From assembly GCF_018977255.1 (NCBI RefSeq), contig NW_024704743.1, positions 50,966,001 through 51,030,000 on the forward strand: a stretch of DNA of 64,000 nt, read 5' to 3'. Positions within the stretch are counted from its first letter, which is position 1. Each line of letters starts with the position of its first letter. The translations under genes and the position numbers were made by a program. Of this stretch, positions 51,186 to 64,000 are shown in pieces. The notes beneath the pieces are model-generated. The model saw nothing but the letters and a program-made list of their open reading frames with translations, had not been told where the DNA came from and searched no databases. This stretch comes from Callorhinchus milii (Eukaryota).

Positions 51186-52445
51186 CATGAAATTAATACC
51201 ATCCCCCAAAATGAAATGTGCCCCTCTGTAGCCAGCAAGGAAACCAAAGGAAATATTACTCATTACTCACTTTTGGTAATGAAGGCATTCCAAGACTTAT
51301 TTCTAGGGTATGTCAGGGTGTCTGTTGCAAGTCTATTTCCCCCGCCAATATTTACAATCTGCAAAGAGGAAATCTTTGTGTTTTGTTTTGCCAGAGTTTC
51401 TGATTCTCCTCAAGCAAAAATAATACATTTTGAATATTAAAATAGTTCAAATTAACCCTGAATGAAAAATGAGCTTGTAAGGTAAGATGTGACATCCAGC
51501 GCTGCAGCATATACCATTACCCAGCATCAAAGTAAAATGTAGCCTCTCTTTTGGAATGTGAAGAATCAGATTGTTGACTCTTTTTCTCTTGCATTGGAAT
51601 ACTTGTCCCAGAAAAGTCCTGCACCCTTAACTTTCTCATCTTTGTTATCTGATATGTCAGCAGTATTAATTGACAGGCCATCACCCTTACTAAAGCTTCC
51701 TTGAGTTACTACAGAGGTTCTGCTTATGCACTCTCAGTTAATGGAGTTTGTCACCGCAAAGATATCAGCTAAAGTTACTCAACTGTAACTGAATTGTTAC
51801 AAGGTGTGAATTTCACTGTGTGGTCTAAGCATTTAATTTCTGTCCTGTTGAAATTCCTATGATGGGATCCTAATTGAGCAGTGGCCAGGTCTACCTGAAT
51901 TAAGGTTAGTGTTCGTTAAAATATTGAATTGAAAATTAGATTGTCTTTACTAAAGGTGCCAAATCCTTCAATTCTCACATTTTGGAGGTTTTCCTATTTC
52001 CCTTAGAAAATCTCTCAGTTGTGTTTAGATGGCGTGAAACATTCATCTGATTTTGATTTTATTTTGTCATGAAGTCGGTAATTTAAACCCAATCCCTCAG
52101 TGGCTAGGATTGGGCTTTTCAAGTTGGGAGGATAAAACCAGTATCCCATTTATATTAATGAATTAAAATACGCACCACTCTAAATAAATTTTAAATATTT
52201 ATTTGCCACAAGCATACAATTTGACAAAATACCAAAGCCCAGAATCATAATACATAAAGGCACTTATCATTTGAGTTGAGTGGGCAACCTGACCAACTTC
52301 TTGTTAGATGTCATTCCAAGGTACAACTGCAACCTGCTCAGCTCAAAGGCCTAATTTTATACTTTTGTTCACATGCTCTGACACTTACAAAAAGCTACGT
52401 TCTTACAGGCAGTCAGTCTACATGTAAATTAGGCTCCATTCAAGA

Positions 52446-52820
52446 CAATAACAACAACATCTTGCACTTGTATAGCGCCCTCCATGCAGTGTAGCAACTC
52501 AGAGCGCTTTCACATCGGGAGGACCCCAAGGTGCTGGACAATCAGGGATTTGGACCCGAGCTGGAGGTTGGGATCAGAAGGGGTGGAGGGTAGGGAAGGT
52601 AGGGGCAGGAGGGTGGCTGAAGGCACGATCAAAGAGGAGGGTCTTGAGATGTGCCTTGAAGGAGCCAAGGGAGGGAGCGAGGTAAAGGGACCGTGGGATG
52701 GAGTTCCAAAGGGTAGGGGCAGAGAGGTTGAATACCCGACCGCCAATGGTGGGGCAGGCTGGGTGGGGGCAATGGAGCAGTCCAGAGCCTGCTGAGTGGA
52801 GAGAACAGACAGGTTGATAT
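52446..52820 (-). mobile_element. L2 3' end (two stacked tails)
   Basis: Reverse complement is homologous to 43900-44220. A second tail CTTGCACTTGTATAGCGCCCT lies at 52446-52510. Confidence 0.9.
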
Positions 52821-53399
52821 GGCAGGAATGTTTTTAATACCAGCGGAGTGGAAATAACATACAGTGAGGCTCCATTCAGATGCGTTTGCAGACCCCTTTA
52901 CCACGACATCACCACCGTCACAATATGAATGTTTTACTGCAGAACAGTAGATATTAAATGGTGACTGAACAAACAACAAAATCTTGTTGTGATAGCAGTG
53001 GTTAGCTAATAACTCGTAAATATTTCAGTTATTTACTCTGAATTCAAAATCTATCGGAAATAGTCCAAACTGAGCATTGAACTACATTAGTTACTTCAGT
53101 TGAGGCAAAACTGTCCAACTTATGAGAGCATGATTAACTAATGAAAGGACTAAGTTTCACTGAATATTAACTCTTTGTGTATTCAATCATTCTCAGCCAT
53201 TAAATTCTGCACATTTCATTTCAAGTAACCTGCAGAAATTATATTACCCAGCGACATAGAGCTTTGTTGCCAGGACACTGAGAGAAATTCTGGAAATGTT
53301 GAAATATTCAAATATCTAAAACTATGTTGAATGAAACATTAAACATTTTGATATAGTTTAAAATAGGTAATGTTTAATTCAACCGAGTTTTATCTGATA

Positions 53400-53666
53400 T
53401 CTACCTGTTCAGGTGAATGTTAAAGATCCCATGGCATGATTCAAAAAGAGAAGGAAATTTCTCCTGGTGTCCTGACCAACAAAACCCCAAAATAAAATTG
53501 GTCCTTCACTGTTTCTGGAACATTGCTGTGCGTAATCTGGCTGCCGCATTCTGCCCACAAAATTCACAGTTAAATTCACTTTACAGTCATGTTAAGCGCT
53601 TTGAAATGTCTCGGAGATGTGATAAGGTGCTATATCAAATGCAAGGATTATTATTAGTAGTAGTAT
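53400..53666 (+). mobile_element. Deu SINE 3' two-thirds
   Basis: CCTGTTCAGGTGAATGTTAAAGATCCCATGGCA through GGTGCTATATCAAATGCAAGGATTATTATTAG. Confidence 0.9.
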
Positions 53667-55849
53667 TTTTATTAAATCTGTTAATATATCTGATTTTTGT
53701 TAGCTGCTGTCATGCCAGGACTAGTTTGAGAAATGCTGAGTCTAAAATTCTAGATTTCTAGTGTGATTTTTTAATAAAGAATCCAAATCACTCGAATGCT
53801 GATTCCTTCTGGTAACTAGAAGTATATCTTGCTGACACAGGGAAACTCTACTCTGACGTAAACATAGGGCTGAAGTGCTTTTAATTGATACAGGTACACA
53901 GGATTTTAGACTCTACACCATGTGAAGACCGCGATACAAATACAAGTTGTTGCTGTTTGTTATCTCTTGAGTAACAAGCATTTAGCTATACAATATTCTT
54001 GCTCTTGTGTTTTCATGTTATGTGCAGGCATTTCCACACAATCAATCACAAATAGATGTGCACTATCATGCAGGATTGAAAAGTGGACCTTCNAAAAAAA
54101 CAATTAAAAATAATAATGGAAACTGCATTAATAACTGCAGGTTTTACAAGGAGAGCTGTTAGTTGAAAGAAATCTCCAAGCAGAAACTACTGGTACTTTT
54201 TACATAGTGTGTGGCAATTTTCTTATTGAAGCTTTTATTCATAAATAATTGTAGCACATTTGGACTGATGGATTGAGATGAAAGTTTTAAAACATCACCA
54301 CCTTCCTTCTATTTGAATATAAATGTTTCAATTCTGCTTTCAACAGTCTTATCAATTGAAAGCACATCAGTTCTATGAGTCTATAGAGCTGGAAAAAAAT
54401 ATCTGAAATATTGAGAAACCATACCTGTGAATTAGTTAGTGCTGTCAATGAGATTACTGGTTGACCAGACTGTTCATACTAGAGTTAATAATAAGGCTGA
54501 GGCAGACGTCTGAACATTAGGTTCTGAAAAATGGACAGAGTTATGAAGACCCAAAGTAATAAATTGAAAATTCAGAAAATACAATTATTGCTTACCTACA
54601 AATTCTTTCAGTTTGGAAGTAATGCGTATATCAAAAAAAGTTGTTTTTCCTCAGGCCTATTCAATAAATGAACGTTCCACCAGGAATCTTACATTGAGTA
54701 TCTTTGAAATGGGTTTTGTATTGATTTTTGTAACTACCCTGTTAGATGACGTTATCCCTTAGCGTGTCATTTTCAGATGGGTCCGCCCGGAGCAGGTCAT
54801 TGAGGTGATAACTGTCATTTGGTGGGACAGAAAAGCAATCATAGGTTTTTCATTACTTACTGTTTTCCCTGCAAGTGGGATCACTTGACATATTATGGCT
54901 TCTGTGATTTAGTTCCACACTGAAATTAAGTGCTGGAATATCAAACTGTAGGTTTAGAAAATAAACCTGATGTCAAGGAATCAAATGCCTCATAGGCCAG
55001 AACTGAGAGTGTGTGGCAGTAGTGGCAATAGCCACCATAGCAAACATACTGTGATGTAAAGTTAAAACTAAATCTATTTGTTCTCTTGCATTCTCTTCAC
55101 TGCCCTTCCCCAACCGCACCACACCGACAATAAAATATATTCTAGAGATTTCTGAAGGCAAAAGATTATTTCACATTTATTTTGAGCAAAGGGCTATCTA
55201 TTCAATGTGACCTAAATAAACTATATAAATTATCAGATACGCTTCAGAGTTTCAACAGACCGGCTGCTCTCTTAGAGTTCCGTATTGCATCTTTAATACT
55301 GAAGCAAAGAACTTCATGGGATAAAAATGGGGACAAAAGAAAGGAAGTAAATATTTCATTATTTGGTACTGTTGCTCCATTCCATGGAATAACAATGAGC
55401 AGAGAGAGAGGATGATGATAAATTAAATAGCTCTTTTTGAATTTCTTTTTCTGCATTCATTCAGCAAAAAGTGGGCATTCTTCCTTTACAGGCAATGTGC
55501 ATCGTAAGTCAGAAAAGCAGCATTTGGAAGTCACTGTGCAAATGTGGTAAGGCTTGAATGTAAAGCATCGGCCGTGGTTGTGACTTCTTATTTACAAACA
55601 TGCAATCGTTTTGCTTTCAAGCTGTTTCTCAGTTATAAATAGGCCTGAAACTCAGAGTCCACTCTGCTCCTCTCCAAGTTGCTATCTTGCGTAATATAAA
55701 TAAAAGTTGTTATCGTTGTAAAAAGGTCAACAGAAAATCAGAAAACAAAATGCAAGTTGCAGAACGGCCTTTGCTGACTTGCAGGATCGCAATGTTTTCC
55801 GACTTGTTCAGTGCTTAGTGTTCAGTGTTTACTCTACGACCTAAAGCGC

Positions 55850-57885
55850 TATGTTGGCGGTGTTGCTTTCATCTCCGGTCCCTACTCGGCCTGTCACCTC
55901 ATACGGAACCTTCCCTTCCTTTGATCACCTCACCATCTACCATCTCTCCAACCATTCCCTCAACATCCCCCCAAACCCTCCCCACCTTCCTCTCAGACAT
56001 CTCTACCCTCTTATCTTCCCTCTCCTCCGAACGCCTCCTCATCCTAGGCGACTTCAACCTGCACTTCAACTCCTCCTGCTGTATCTCCGTTGACCTCCTC
56101 TCCCCTTTCCTCTCACAAGCTCTGCCTCCACATCCACTCTGCCACCCATATCCATGGCCACCCACCTGACCTGGTGATTATCCGGGGCCTCAGCATTTTG
56201 GATTTCACCATCACCGAAAAAGCCATCTCGGACCATTAATCCATCTCCCATAACTCTTCAATTCCTCTCCCCACCGTGACCCAGCCCACCTCCATCTCCT
56301 ACCACCTCTGGAAAATAATCTTCCCCCATTCCCTCTCTGCTGGCTTGGAGTCATCTGAACTTCACCCCCACAATGACGTATCCTCCTCGGTCACTCTCCT
56401 CCACAACTCCCTCTCCACCACTCTCGATGCCCTTGCTCCCCCCCACTTCCCAAAACATTTCTTACTCATGGAAGTCATCTTGGTACACAAGCCATCTCCA
56501 CTCCCTTAAGGCTCAGGTGCATGCCGCTGAACGCAGCTGGCTCAAATCTAATTTAACAGATCATCGGCAGATCTGGCTGGACCTCATCAAACTTACCACT
56601 CTGACCTCGCCTCCACTAAATTGTCCTTCTACTCCAAGACAATCTTGGAGGCTAAGGACAACCCCAGGCACCTCTTCTCCATCACCAACCGGCTCATCCA
56701 CCCACCCTCTCATGCTTCGCCCATCCTCTCCAACGACAACTGCTAGGAGATGCTGGACTTCGTCGAAACTAAAAACGAAGGAATCCACTCAGCAGCCTCT
56801 GTCTTTCTGACTATCACCCCCTCCCAATCTCCCACTCAGAAGGTGGATCCCACCCATCCCTCCCTCCACACTTTCAAACCTGTCGCCCCCTCCTCTCTCA
56901 TCACCACGATAACCCAGATGAAACTGACCACCTGCTCCCTCGACCCCATCCCTACCCCTCTCCTTACCTCCCAGCTCCACCTCCTTTCCCCTACTCACAG
57001 ACATCATAACCCTCTCCCTGTCCACTGGCACCATTTCCATCCCTCTAAAAACGGCCTTCATCACTCCTATCCTTAAAAAACCCTCCTTAGACCCATCTCT
57101 GCTCTCAACTACAGCCCCATTTCCAACCACCCTTTCCAAGGCCCTGGAATAAGTCATTGCTTCCCAGCTTTGCTCCTTCCTCTCCTGCCACTCCTTTCAT
57201 GAACCCCTCCAATTGGGTTTCCGTGCCGCCCACAGCACAGAAACAACAAATGACATTCTGTCCACATGCGACCAAGCCTCCCTCTGCCTCCTCATCCTCC
57301 TTGCTGCCTTCGATATGGTTGACCACTCTTTTCTCATCCACCATCTCTCCTCTCACTCTTCATGGTTCTGTCAACGAATGTTTCAGATCCTACCTTTCAC
57401 ACGTCTCCATTTCATCTCCAGTTTCTACAGTTGAACATCAAGAAGCTCTCCTGATTGGCTCCTGTCAGAGCCTCCATAGGCTGCAGGTCATCCAGAACTC
57501 TGCAGCATGTGTCCTCTCCTGTACCAGGCTCCGCGACCCTATCACCCCCATCCTCGCCTGACTGCACTGGCATCCCATCACACAGAGGATACAGTTCGAG
57601 ATCCTGGTCCTCACCTTCAAAGTCCGCCATGGCCTTGCTCTCCTCTATCTCTGCAACCTCCTAAGGTCTTGGAATAAGTCATTGCCTGCTACTAACCTGC
57701 CCGCTCCCTTCGCGCAGCGGACCTCAGCCTGCTTCATGTCCCCCACCACGCCCACCTCATCATTGACTGTCGGGCCTTCTGCCACTTTGCACCCAACCTC
57801 TGGAACTTTATCCCGCAGTCCCTCCGCCTCGCCCCTTCCCTTGCCTCCTTTAAGACCCATCTCAAGACCATCCTCTGGCCTGGAT
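55850..57885 (+). mobile_element. Largest L2 ORF2 remnant: APE endonuclease, start of RT and C-terminus, with the RT core internally deleted
   Basis: RLLILGDFNLH (EN), TCSLDPIP, NY.PISN, GFRAAHSTET and AAFDMVDH, then a jump to EALLIG..LQVIQNSAACVL. No QG or YADD segment. Many frameshifts. Confidence 0.95.
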
Positions 57886-60054
57886 CCATGACTTGGATTA
57901 AACAAATTAATAAAATGTCATTGTAAATTAGCCACAGACACTAAAACTGTCAATATAATATACAGAAAATGCTATTATCCCAGTAACTCATCTACTCTGA
58001 GCCTGCAAGACTATTCTGTTTTAAAATGCTATTTTAAATTTCCACAGAATTTATTTCAGTGTCTTTTTTTTCTCTAGAGCTGCAGAAAGTCAGCTTCGAC
58101 TAGGCGGAATTTCAGGCCTAACGTGTGCATAGCACATGAATGTACTCAAATAGATTAGTGTTGGTATAAATTTCAAAGGTAGGGAAAGAGATGCCTTTCT
58201 AGAAGCAATAATATTTACAGTAGCACAAATAAAAAAATGATTAAAGGTTATGAGCATAGAAACTATTGCTCTGTGGATTTAGGAAGTGCTCAGGGGTTGT
58301 GTACAACAGAAGCATTCGGTTCATATACCACAATCACCAGTTACACTCACACTCTAAAACTCTATTATAAGCATATTGTTTATGGAAATTAGCATATACA
58401 GTAAACTCCTAATAACTCAACCCTGGCTTAACTTATCATTACCACTTAAATCATCATGCTGTCAATATCCCAGCCACATTTATTTATGTATATTGATATA
58501 TATGCCTAACTCACCACTCCTGATAACTCGTCACTGAGCCAACCAAAGACGACTAGCTCTGTGCCAAGTCCTAAACCTTCTTTCAATAATCTGCACTGAG
58601 GTTGTGCCACCTAAGCTTCCTGCAACAGCCATTTCTCATTTGCTTCTTGAGGACAGTCCATTTTGTCTTTTTAATTTTTGTTTACTCCCCTACATACCTA
58701 CAAATACAGTCACTACACTTAGCAATTCGATGCAAAATACTGAGAGACATATTGATATTTGTAAGCATACACCAAGCAGAAGATTTATTATCATTACAGT
58801 ATTAATATGAATATTATAAGTGATATGTTCCTGCATATGGAGTCTCCCTCAAATTTCGATTGAATTTCTGTTGAAGGCATCACCGTTACCAGAAAATCTT
58901 TGACTTCCACTCTGGTGTCAGATTTGCTCGTGACACAGCTCTCTCTGTTCTCTTGGGAGTGGCTAAGATGCTTGATTGTACCCTAAGGTAGTCTATTTCC
59001 AAACCGTTTCCCAATAGGGTCGTAAGCTTTATGACTGAAGTAAAGAGTCGCACAGTAAACCAATCTGTCAATACAGCACACAGATGGCTTCAGATATCTG
59101 TTCTATTAATTTTACACCTATAAAATTTAAATGGACACAGAAGCTGCTGCTGAACAGAAGACTGAAATTAACTCTATGCCCATGTTAATGTACTCTACCA
59201 TTTCGTTATTTTTAGCCACCCTCCCTACTTCAATCTTCATGATTGAAATTAGGCTATTTATTCGGCTAAGCTCCCTGATGTGTTACAGACTGATTATTTT
59301 GAGTAATACGGCCGTTAGTGGGGCAATTTACATAAGGACCTGTTTGCATTTGTTTCGCAGCATGAATGCTATGTTAAATGAAAGCAAAATTAACCTAAAT
59401 TATTTCACACTGAACTACAGGCACACAACTTATCTTAGACTTCATGATTCCGATCGACAGGGTCCATTAATGGTGCGAGGTTTATTAATATCAAATGGTT
59501 CAACACAAGAAGTAATAAGACTGAGGGTTAATAAGATAAATATTATATTTGCAATAATAAATAATAATATAAGTAAGAGCTACGTAAAATTCACTTTGTT
59601 ATTTAGGGGGCCAACTCTGTTACTTTCGGGGCCCATAAAGGCCACTCTTTCTCCTTTTCTGTTTCAGTGCCAAGCTCTGATTATTCAATTCTTTGTTGAA
59701 TGAGGACAATGATACGGATAAAAAAGCATTAAGTTGAGGAAAACACTGTTGTAGAAGGTACCTTGGGCCACAAAGTATGCTTCCCGCAGGAAATCTTAAA
59801 CATGAACACTGTCCAGGTAAAACACGGCTCCAAACTGAGGTTACTTTAGAGCCCAGGACTTGTATGGAGTCACTGATGTTACCATTTTCCATGCAGGTGC
59901 TTTCTCAACCATATTCTGTCCATTCCCATTAAACACTGCTTCAATTGAGCTCATTGTCGATATATAACACATATAGCAGGTGACTGTGAAGCAGTTTCCT
60001 CCACAGGGAGGGCTGAGCAGAGATTGAGTCTTAATTCCCATGCAATGAGTGAAT

Positions 60055-60300
60055 ATAGAACCAGAGGATATAGGTTTAGAGTTGCAAATGACAATTTCAG
60101 GACAGATACCAGGAAGTTTTTTCTTTACACAAAGGGTACTCAATGACTGGAACAGGTTGCTAAGAAAGTTGGTAGAGGCCAGGATACTGGACTCATTTAA
60201 AAAGCAGCTTGATGAATTGATGAGGGGTTGGTAGGGTGGGTGTTCTGGAGGGATGAGATGAGCTGAAGGGGCCTTCTTCATCAAGACCAATTTTGTGATT
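60055..60300 (+). mobile_element. CR1 3' end
   Basis: FFTQRVLNDWNRL..VVEA-like..FKKQLDELM, followed by the tail GATGAGCTGAAGGGGCCTTCTTCATC. Confidence 0.9.
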
Positions 60301-63042
60301 AGAGGGAGGGTCATCCCAGGCAGTACTCCCACACCTCACAGTGGCCAATCTTATGGTAGGCTTTTTGGGGGGTTAGTGGTGGGCGTCAATTACATTCATT
60401 ATAAATCCCTGAAAGCTGCTTCTGGTCCAAAAATATCTATCCACATTCCAAAAATATCACATTGAAATTTACAGACAAGTTCATCAAAACCATTGCAATT
60501 CTCAGTTCACCTAGCATGGAAATTTTCACAGTGTACTGTATATTTAGGAATGAGTCATGATGGTGTGAAAATAAACAAACATATAAATTATTTGGTATAT
60601 GAAAAATGTGAAACGACTCTTTTGAAGCTGAGGGAAATGGTGTAGGAGGAGAAAGCTTTGGATTTGTACCCGAGTCTGTCATTTGGTCACCGTTTAATTA
60701 GAATGGAGAACATCTTCTTGTTCCTTGAATCAATACCTCAGGAAAGTGATTCAAACTAAACAGAGAAACAACATGACAACAAGATGCTCTCTACTTTATC
60801 TTAACATATGTTGAAGTTAGTACAGTTCCAACTCAATGCAATACTAACTCCTCGCATCAACTGAGAATTGTAGGATTGTCTGCACAGTGTTGTAATGTGT
60901 GCTCTAACGTGAATATTGTCTGCAAGAAACCTGGAGAAGATTTGTCTGGACATGAGCCCGGAGGAGTGTAATCTCCCAGTTTTATTACACTTTTAGCATT
61001 GATTTGATTCAGTTTATGTGCAGTACAACACCAGTTTCAGATGAATTAAGTGGTGTCGATGTGATTTAAACTTGCATTTGTGCTCCAGGAGATAGTTTCA
61101 GATGGGAATTGATGCAAACTTGTATAGTTTCAACTGAAAGTAGTGAAACATCAGTGCAGATCGTTGTTCTCCACCCCCTCCAATCCATAAGGAAATCGCA
61201 AAGGATTTGACAAAAGACCAGTAAAATCAATGGCATGACTGCCATTGAGGTTGCTTCACAATGTCAAGTCCCAATGCCAAGGCCTGGCAAACCTACAAGG
61301 TTTTTCCAGATCTACCATTTGTATCACCATGCTATTGGAAGCAATGTTACATGACTTCCTGTTGTATAAACAGGACACAACATGTCCATTGTGGCTTTCC
61401 TAAGTACCTATGTGATAAAGGAGGCTGTTTCTGCAGGCTGGAATTAGAGCAAGTATCATATCATCTTTTATATTAAAATTAATCTAAAATAAGTCAATAA
61501 GCAAGAATCAAGCATCAATTGAATTTCCATATAGAAATGAAATTCCAAAGAAACAAACAAAAACTGCGTTTAGATGTGGCTGCTCTGAAGTCTATCAATA
61601 CATGTTCGGTTCATTTATTTGACATTAAATGACAACAACAATAACTTGCAGTTATATAGCACCCTTTACATGGGATATTGTCCTGGAGCGATTGAAATTA
61701 ACAGCTTCTTTGAAGACTTTTATTTTCCTGCCTTCTGACTCGAGATCTGCTCTGTTGGAGAAGCATTGGTAGATTGCAAACTCTCATATACAAATAATGC
61801 AATTATATTTGAAACACAAGAGGGAGCCCAAGACAGTGGAGAATGAAGAGCTGGAAAGCAATGAAACCTGACTATCACTGCACAAATTCCCGTTGGAGTT
61901 CCCACTCTACGAAGAATGATCCTATTTGAATTGTAAATTTCTAAATGGAGATTACCCTGACGTGAACTTTCTTGCAAACATCATGAAAAGTTGGGACACC
62001 TCATGGCATATGCTCGCAAAAACATCGGGCGTTCCTTCCATTACCTCGATTATCTAAAACAAATAAACTGTTAAAAATTAATTTATATTAATCACTTTTT
62101 TTGCCTTTTACTCCCTTCAGCTCTACAGTGTCTCAACCAACTCCTGAATACATTTTTTTAACGATGTTCAGCTCCTTCCTTGCACCTCACGATGTCTGGC
62201 ACTCAGACGACTAAACTCGGGTGGTCTTTTTTTAAGACTCCTACATTTATTCAGTGAATCTATGTTGAACGTTTGCATTTCATATTAATGACGATTTGTT
62301 TGGCAACATTTTTCATTCAACACTTTTGGTGACTATATATCTTCCTACTTTCATCTGTCTGTTATTTATATTGGAATCCCTTATAGTGTATCATTCCTTT
62401 TTAATATATGTTTATTCTGGAATGTTTATATATTTGGTGTGATGGTAAATCTTTCAACAACATTTTAGAAATGTTGCTGCTGTGCCCAGGCGTTAAGCAG
62501 ATCTGAAGAGGAGTAGGATTTTGTTACTTGACTCATGAGCTATCAATGGAACCTTATCATCTTCACCCATCTTATCAGCTAAATTTAGACATGGGTCTGC
62601 AGAGATATAATGCAGTAGCTGAAGTCACCACACAATTTAACCTCCCCACCCTCTCTCTCTCTCTCTCTCTCTCACACACACGCACACAAATGTCTCCCTT
62701 TTTCACAAATGATCACATGAAATTTTTTTTAATGAAAAACCTGATCCCATATTTAATTCCAATATTTTTACAGTGTCTGATGCAACATACGAAATGGAAT
62801 GACAAAGGTACATGACCATGCTTTCATAACTCTCTCCATGCCTTTTATGCTATACTTTGTAAAGCTCCTGAAGACAGCTCTGTGGAGGAGTGGGACCCAT
62901 AACAGCTATATTTATACCATGAATAATAACCGGTTAACTACCATGAAAGTGTTTTCCCCATGGCCAACTAGATTACTTCTTCAGTAATATATTGAATTAA
63001 TGGTCCATATCTTTGGACTTCCTCTCTTTATAAATATATTTA

Positions 63043-63793
63043 GACTATCCTCCTTGGGGGGAGGGTGAGTAAGCAGTGTCTCCATAAAGCTGAACTGACT
63101 CCACGGTAACACACTTTGCATCACACCATCGAAATAACGTCAAACCTCTGTGGCGGTTTTGATTGACCAGTTCCTGAGCCGGGTGGCTCACAGTACTCCA
63201 AGTCACTGCGGATTACAGACCATCCATCTTGGCTCATCAACAGAATATGGAAGGGAAGAGTGGTTACTAGGACCAGAAATTCTTCTCATTTGGCTCCTGC
63301 CCTCCGCCTTACCCCCTCTCTCCCCTTTTTCAAGTCCTGCCTGAAAATCTTCCTCTTTGATCGTGCTTACAGCCACCTCTCCAACAACACCCCCACAACC
63401 ACCCTCTGGAGTTAGGCTATGCCACTGTTAACTGCGCTGAGATGCTACCCTGTATGGAGGGTGCTTTATAAGTGCAAGTTGTTGATGTTAAACCCTAAAC
63501 TCTAATTTGCCAGATATTGCTCTCATTGACTAGCCAAATAAGTCTAGCTGGTTAAACTCCAGCAGCACCCTATCACACACACTCTGGGGTCCCCAAGCCT
63601 TGGCTCTTGCCAACCTAACACTTTCTGGAAATAGATAATCACTCAGTCTTTCCAGAGTGAGAGTGTGCAATCCATTCCAGACGGAAATTTCCACCTGCAG
63701 ATGGAAATCATATGTGGATCTCTCGGTCTAGTCTGGATACTCTTAAGCAAGGCAATAGGTTTCTGTAGGTGTCAGATATCCGATTGATCAAAA
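63043..63793 (+). repeat. Unnamed interspersed repeat X, copy 3, interrupted by an L2 3' end (about 63285-63490)
   Basis: Reverse-complement homology to 23023-23613 on both sides of the L2 insert. Confidence 0.85.
63285..63488 (+). mobile_element. L2 3' end
   Basis: TTCAAGTCCTGCCTGAAAATCTTCCTCTTTGATCGTGC through GGGTGCTTTATAAGTGCAAGTTGTTG. Confidence 0.85.
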
Positions 63794-63887
63794 GAAGCCC
63801 AATAAGCTTTCCTGATGGTTCAGTTAGTGTGAAGCCGAGCCATAAAAAAAACCTCAGGTGCTGAGTTAAATGATCTTTGCAAGCCTC

Positions 63888-64000
63888 TTTTGGGGGATCA
63901 GCTAGGTGTCTGACACATGTGGAAACGCATCACCATCCATAAGAGTATCCAAACCAAACTGAGAATTCTGTGGCATCCCACCTACACTAGAAATTCTAGA
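63888..64000 (-). repeat. Unnamed interspersed repeat X, copy 4 (runs off the window)
   Basis: TTTTGGGGGATCAGCTAGGTGTCTGACACATGTGGAAACGCATCACCATCCATAAGAGTATCCAAACCAAACTGAGAATT matches 23023-23102. Confidence 0.85.

Noticed and set aside
10091..54093. Single N bases at 10091, 24464, 33325 and 54093
   Set aside because: Each directly precedes an A run, which indicates a homopolymer-length assembly ambiguity rather than biology.
58890..59064. Minus-strand exon candidate (WFTVRLFTSVIKL..)
   Set aside because: Open frame with plausible splice sites, but no homology that I recognise; compatible with chance.

Overview
Vertebrate, AT-rich and CpG-depleted sequence that appears almost entirely non-coding (a large intron or gene desert). 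The repeat content points to a cartilaginous fish, most likely a chimaera such as Callorhinchus milii: tRNA-headed SINEs with L2-type (TTA)n tails, Deu-domain SINEs, and decayed L2 and CR1 LINEs. This is an inference from remembered consensus sequences, not a search. I could not identify any host protein-coding exon with confidence. The longer listed ORFs come from a 2.2-kb CAN-triplet low-complexity tract or from decayed LINEs. Supported features are many SINE/L2/CR1 fragments, one reverse-transcriptase fragment of a different non-LTR clade (21.3-21.9 kb), a tRNA-Leu pseudogene, palindromic MITE-like elements, an unnamed repeat family with four copies sharing one end, a small CpG-rich promoter-like patch at 33.4 kb and several CNE-like blocks. 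I found no convincing new biological system. The most interesting signals concern retroposon mechanics (a 46-bp TSD, tail-only insertions, an insertion with its empty site alongside), the foreign-looking RT fragment and candidate regulatory elements. Boundaries of decayed repeats are approximate (plus or minus tens of bp).
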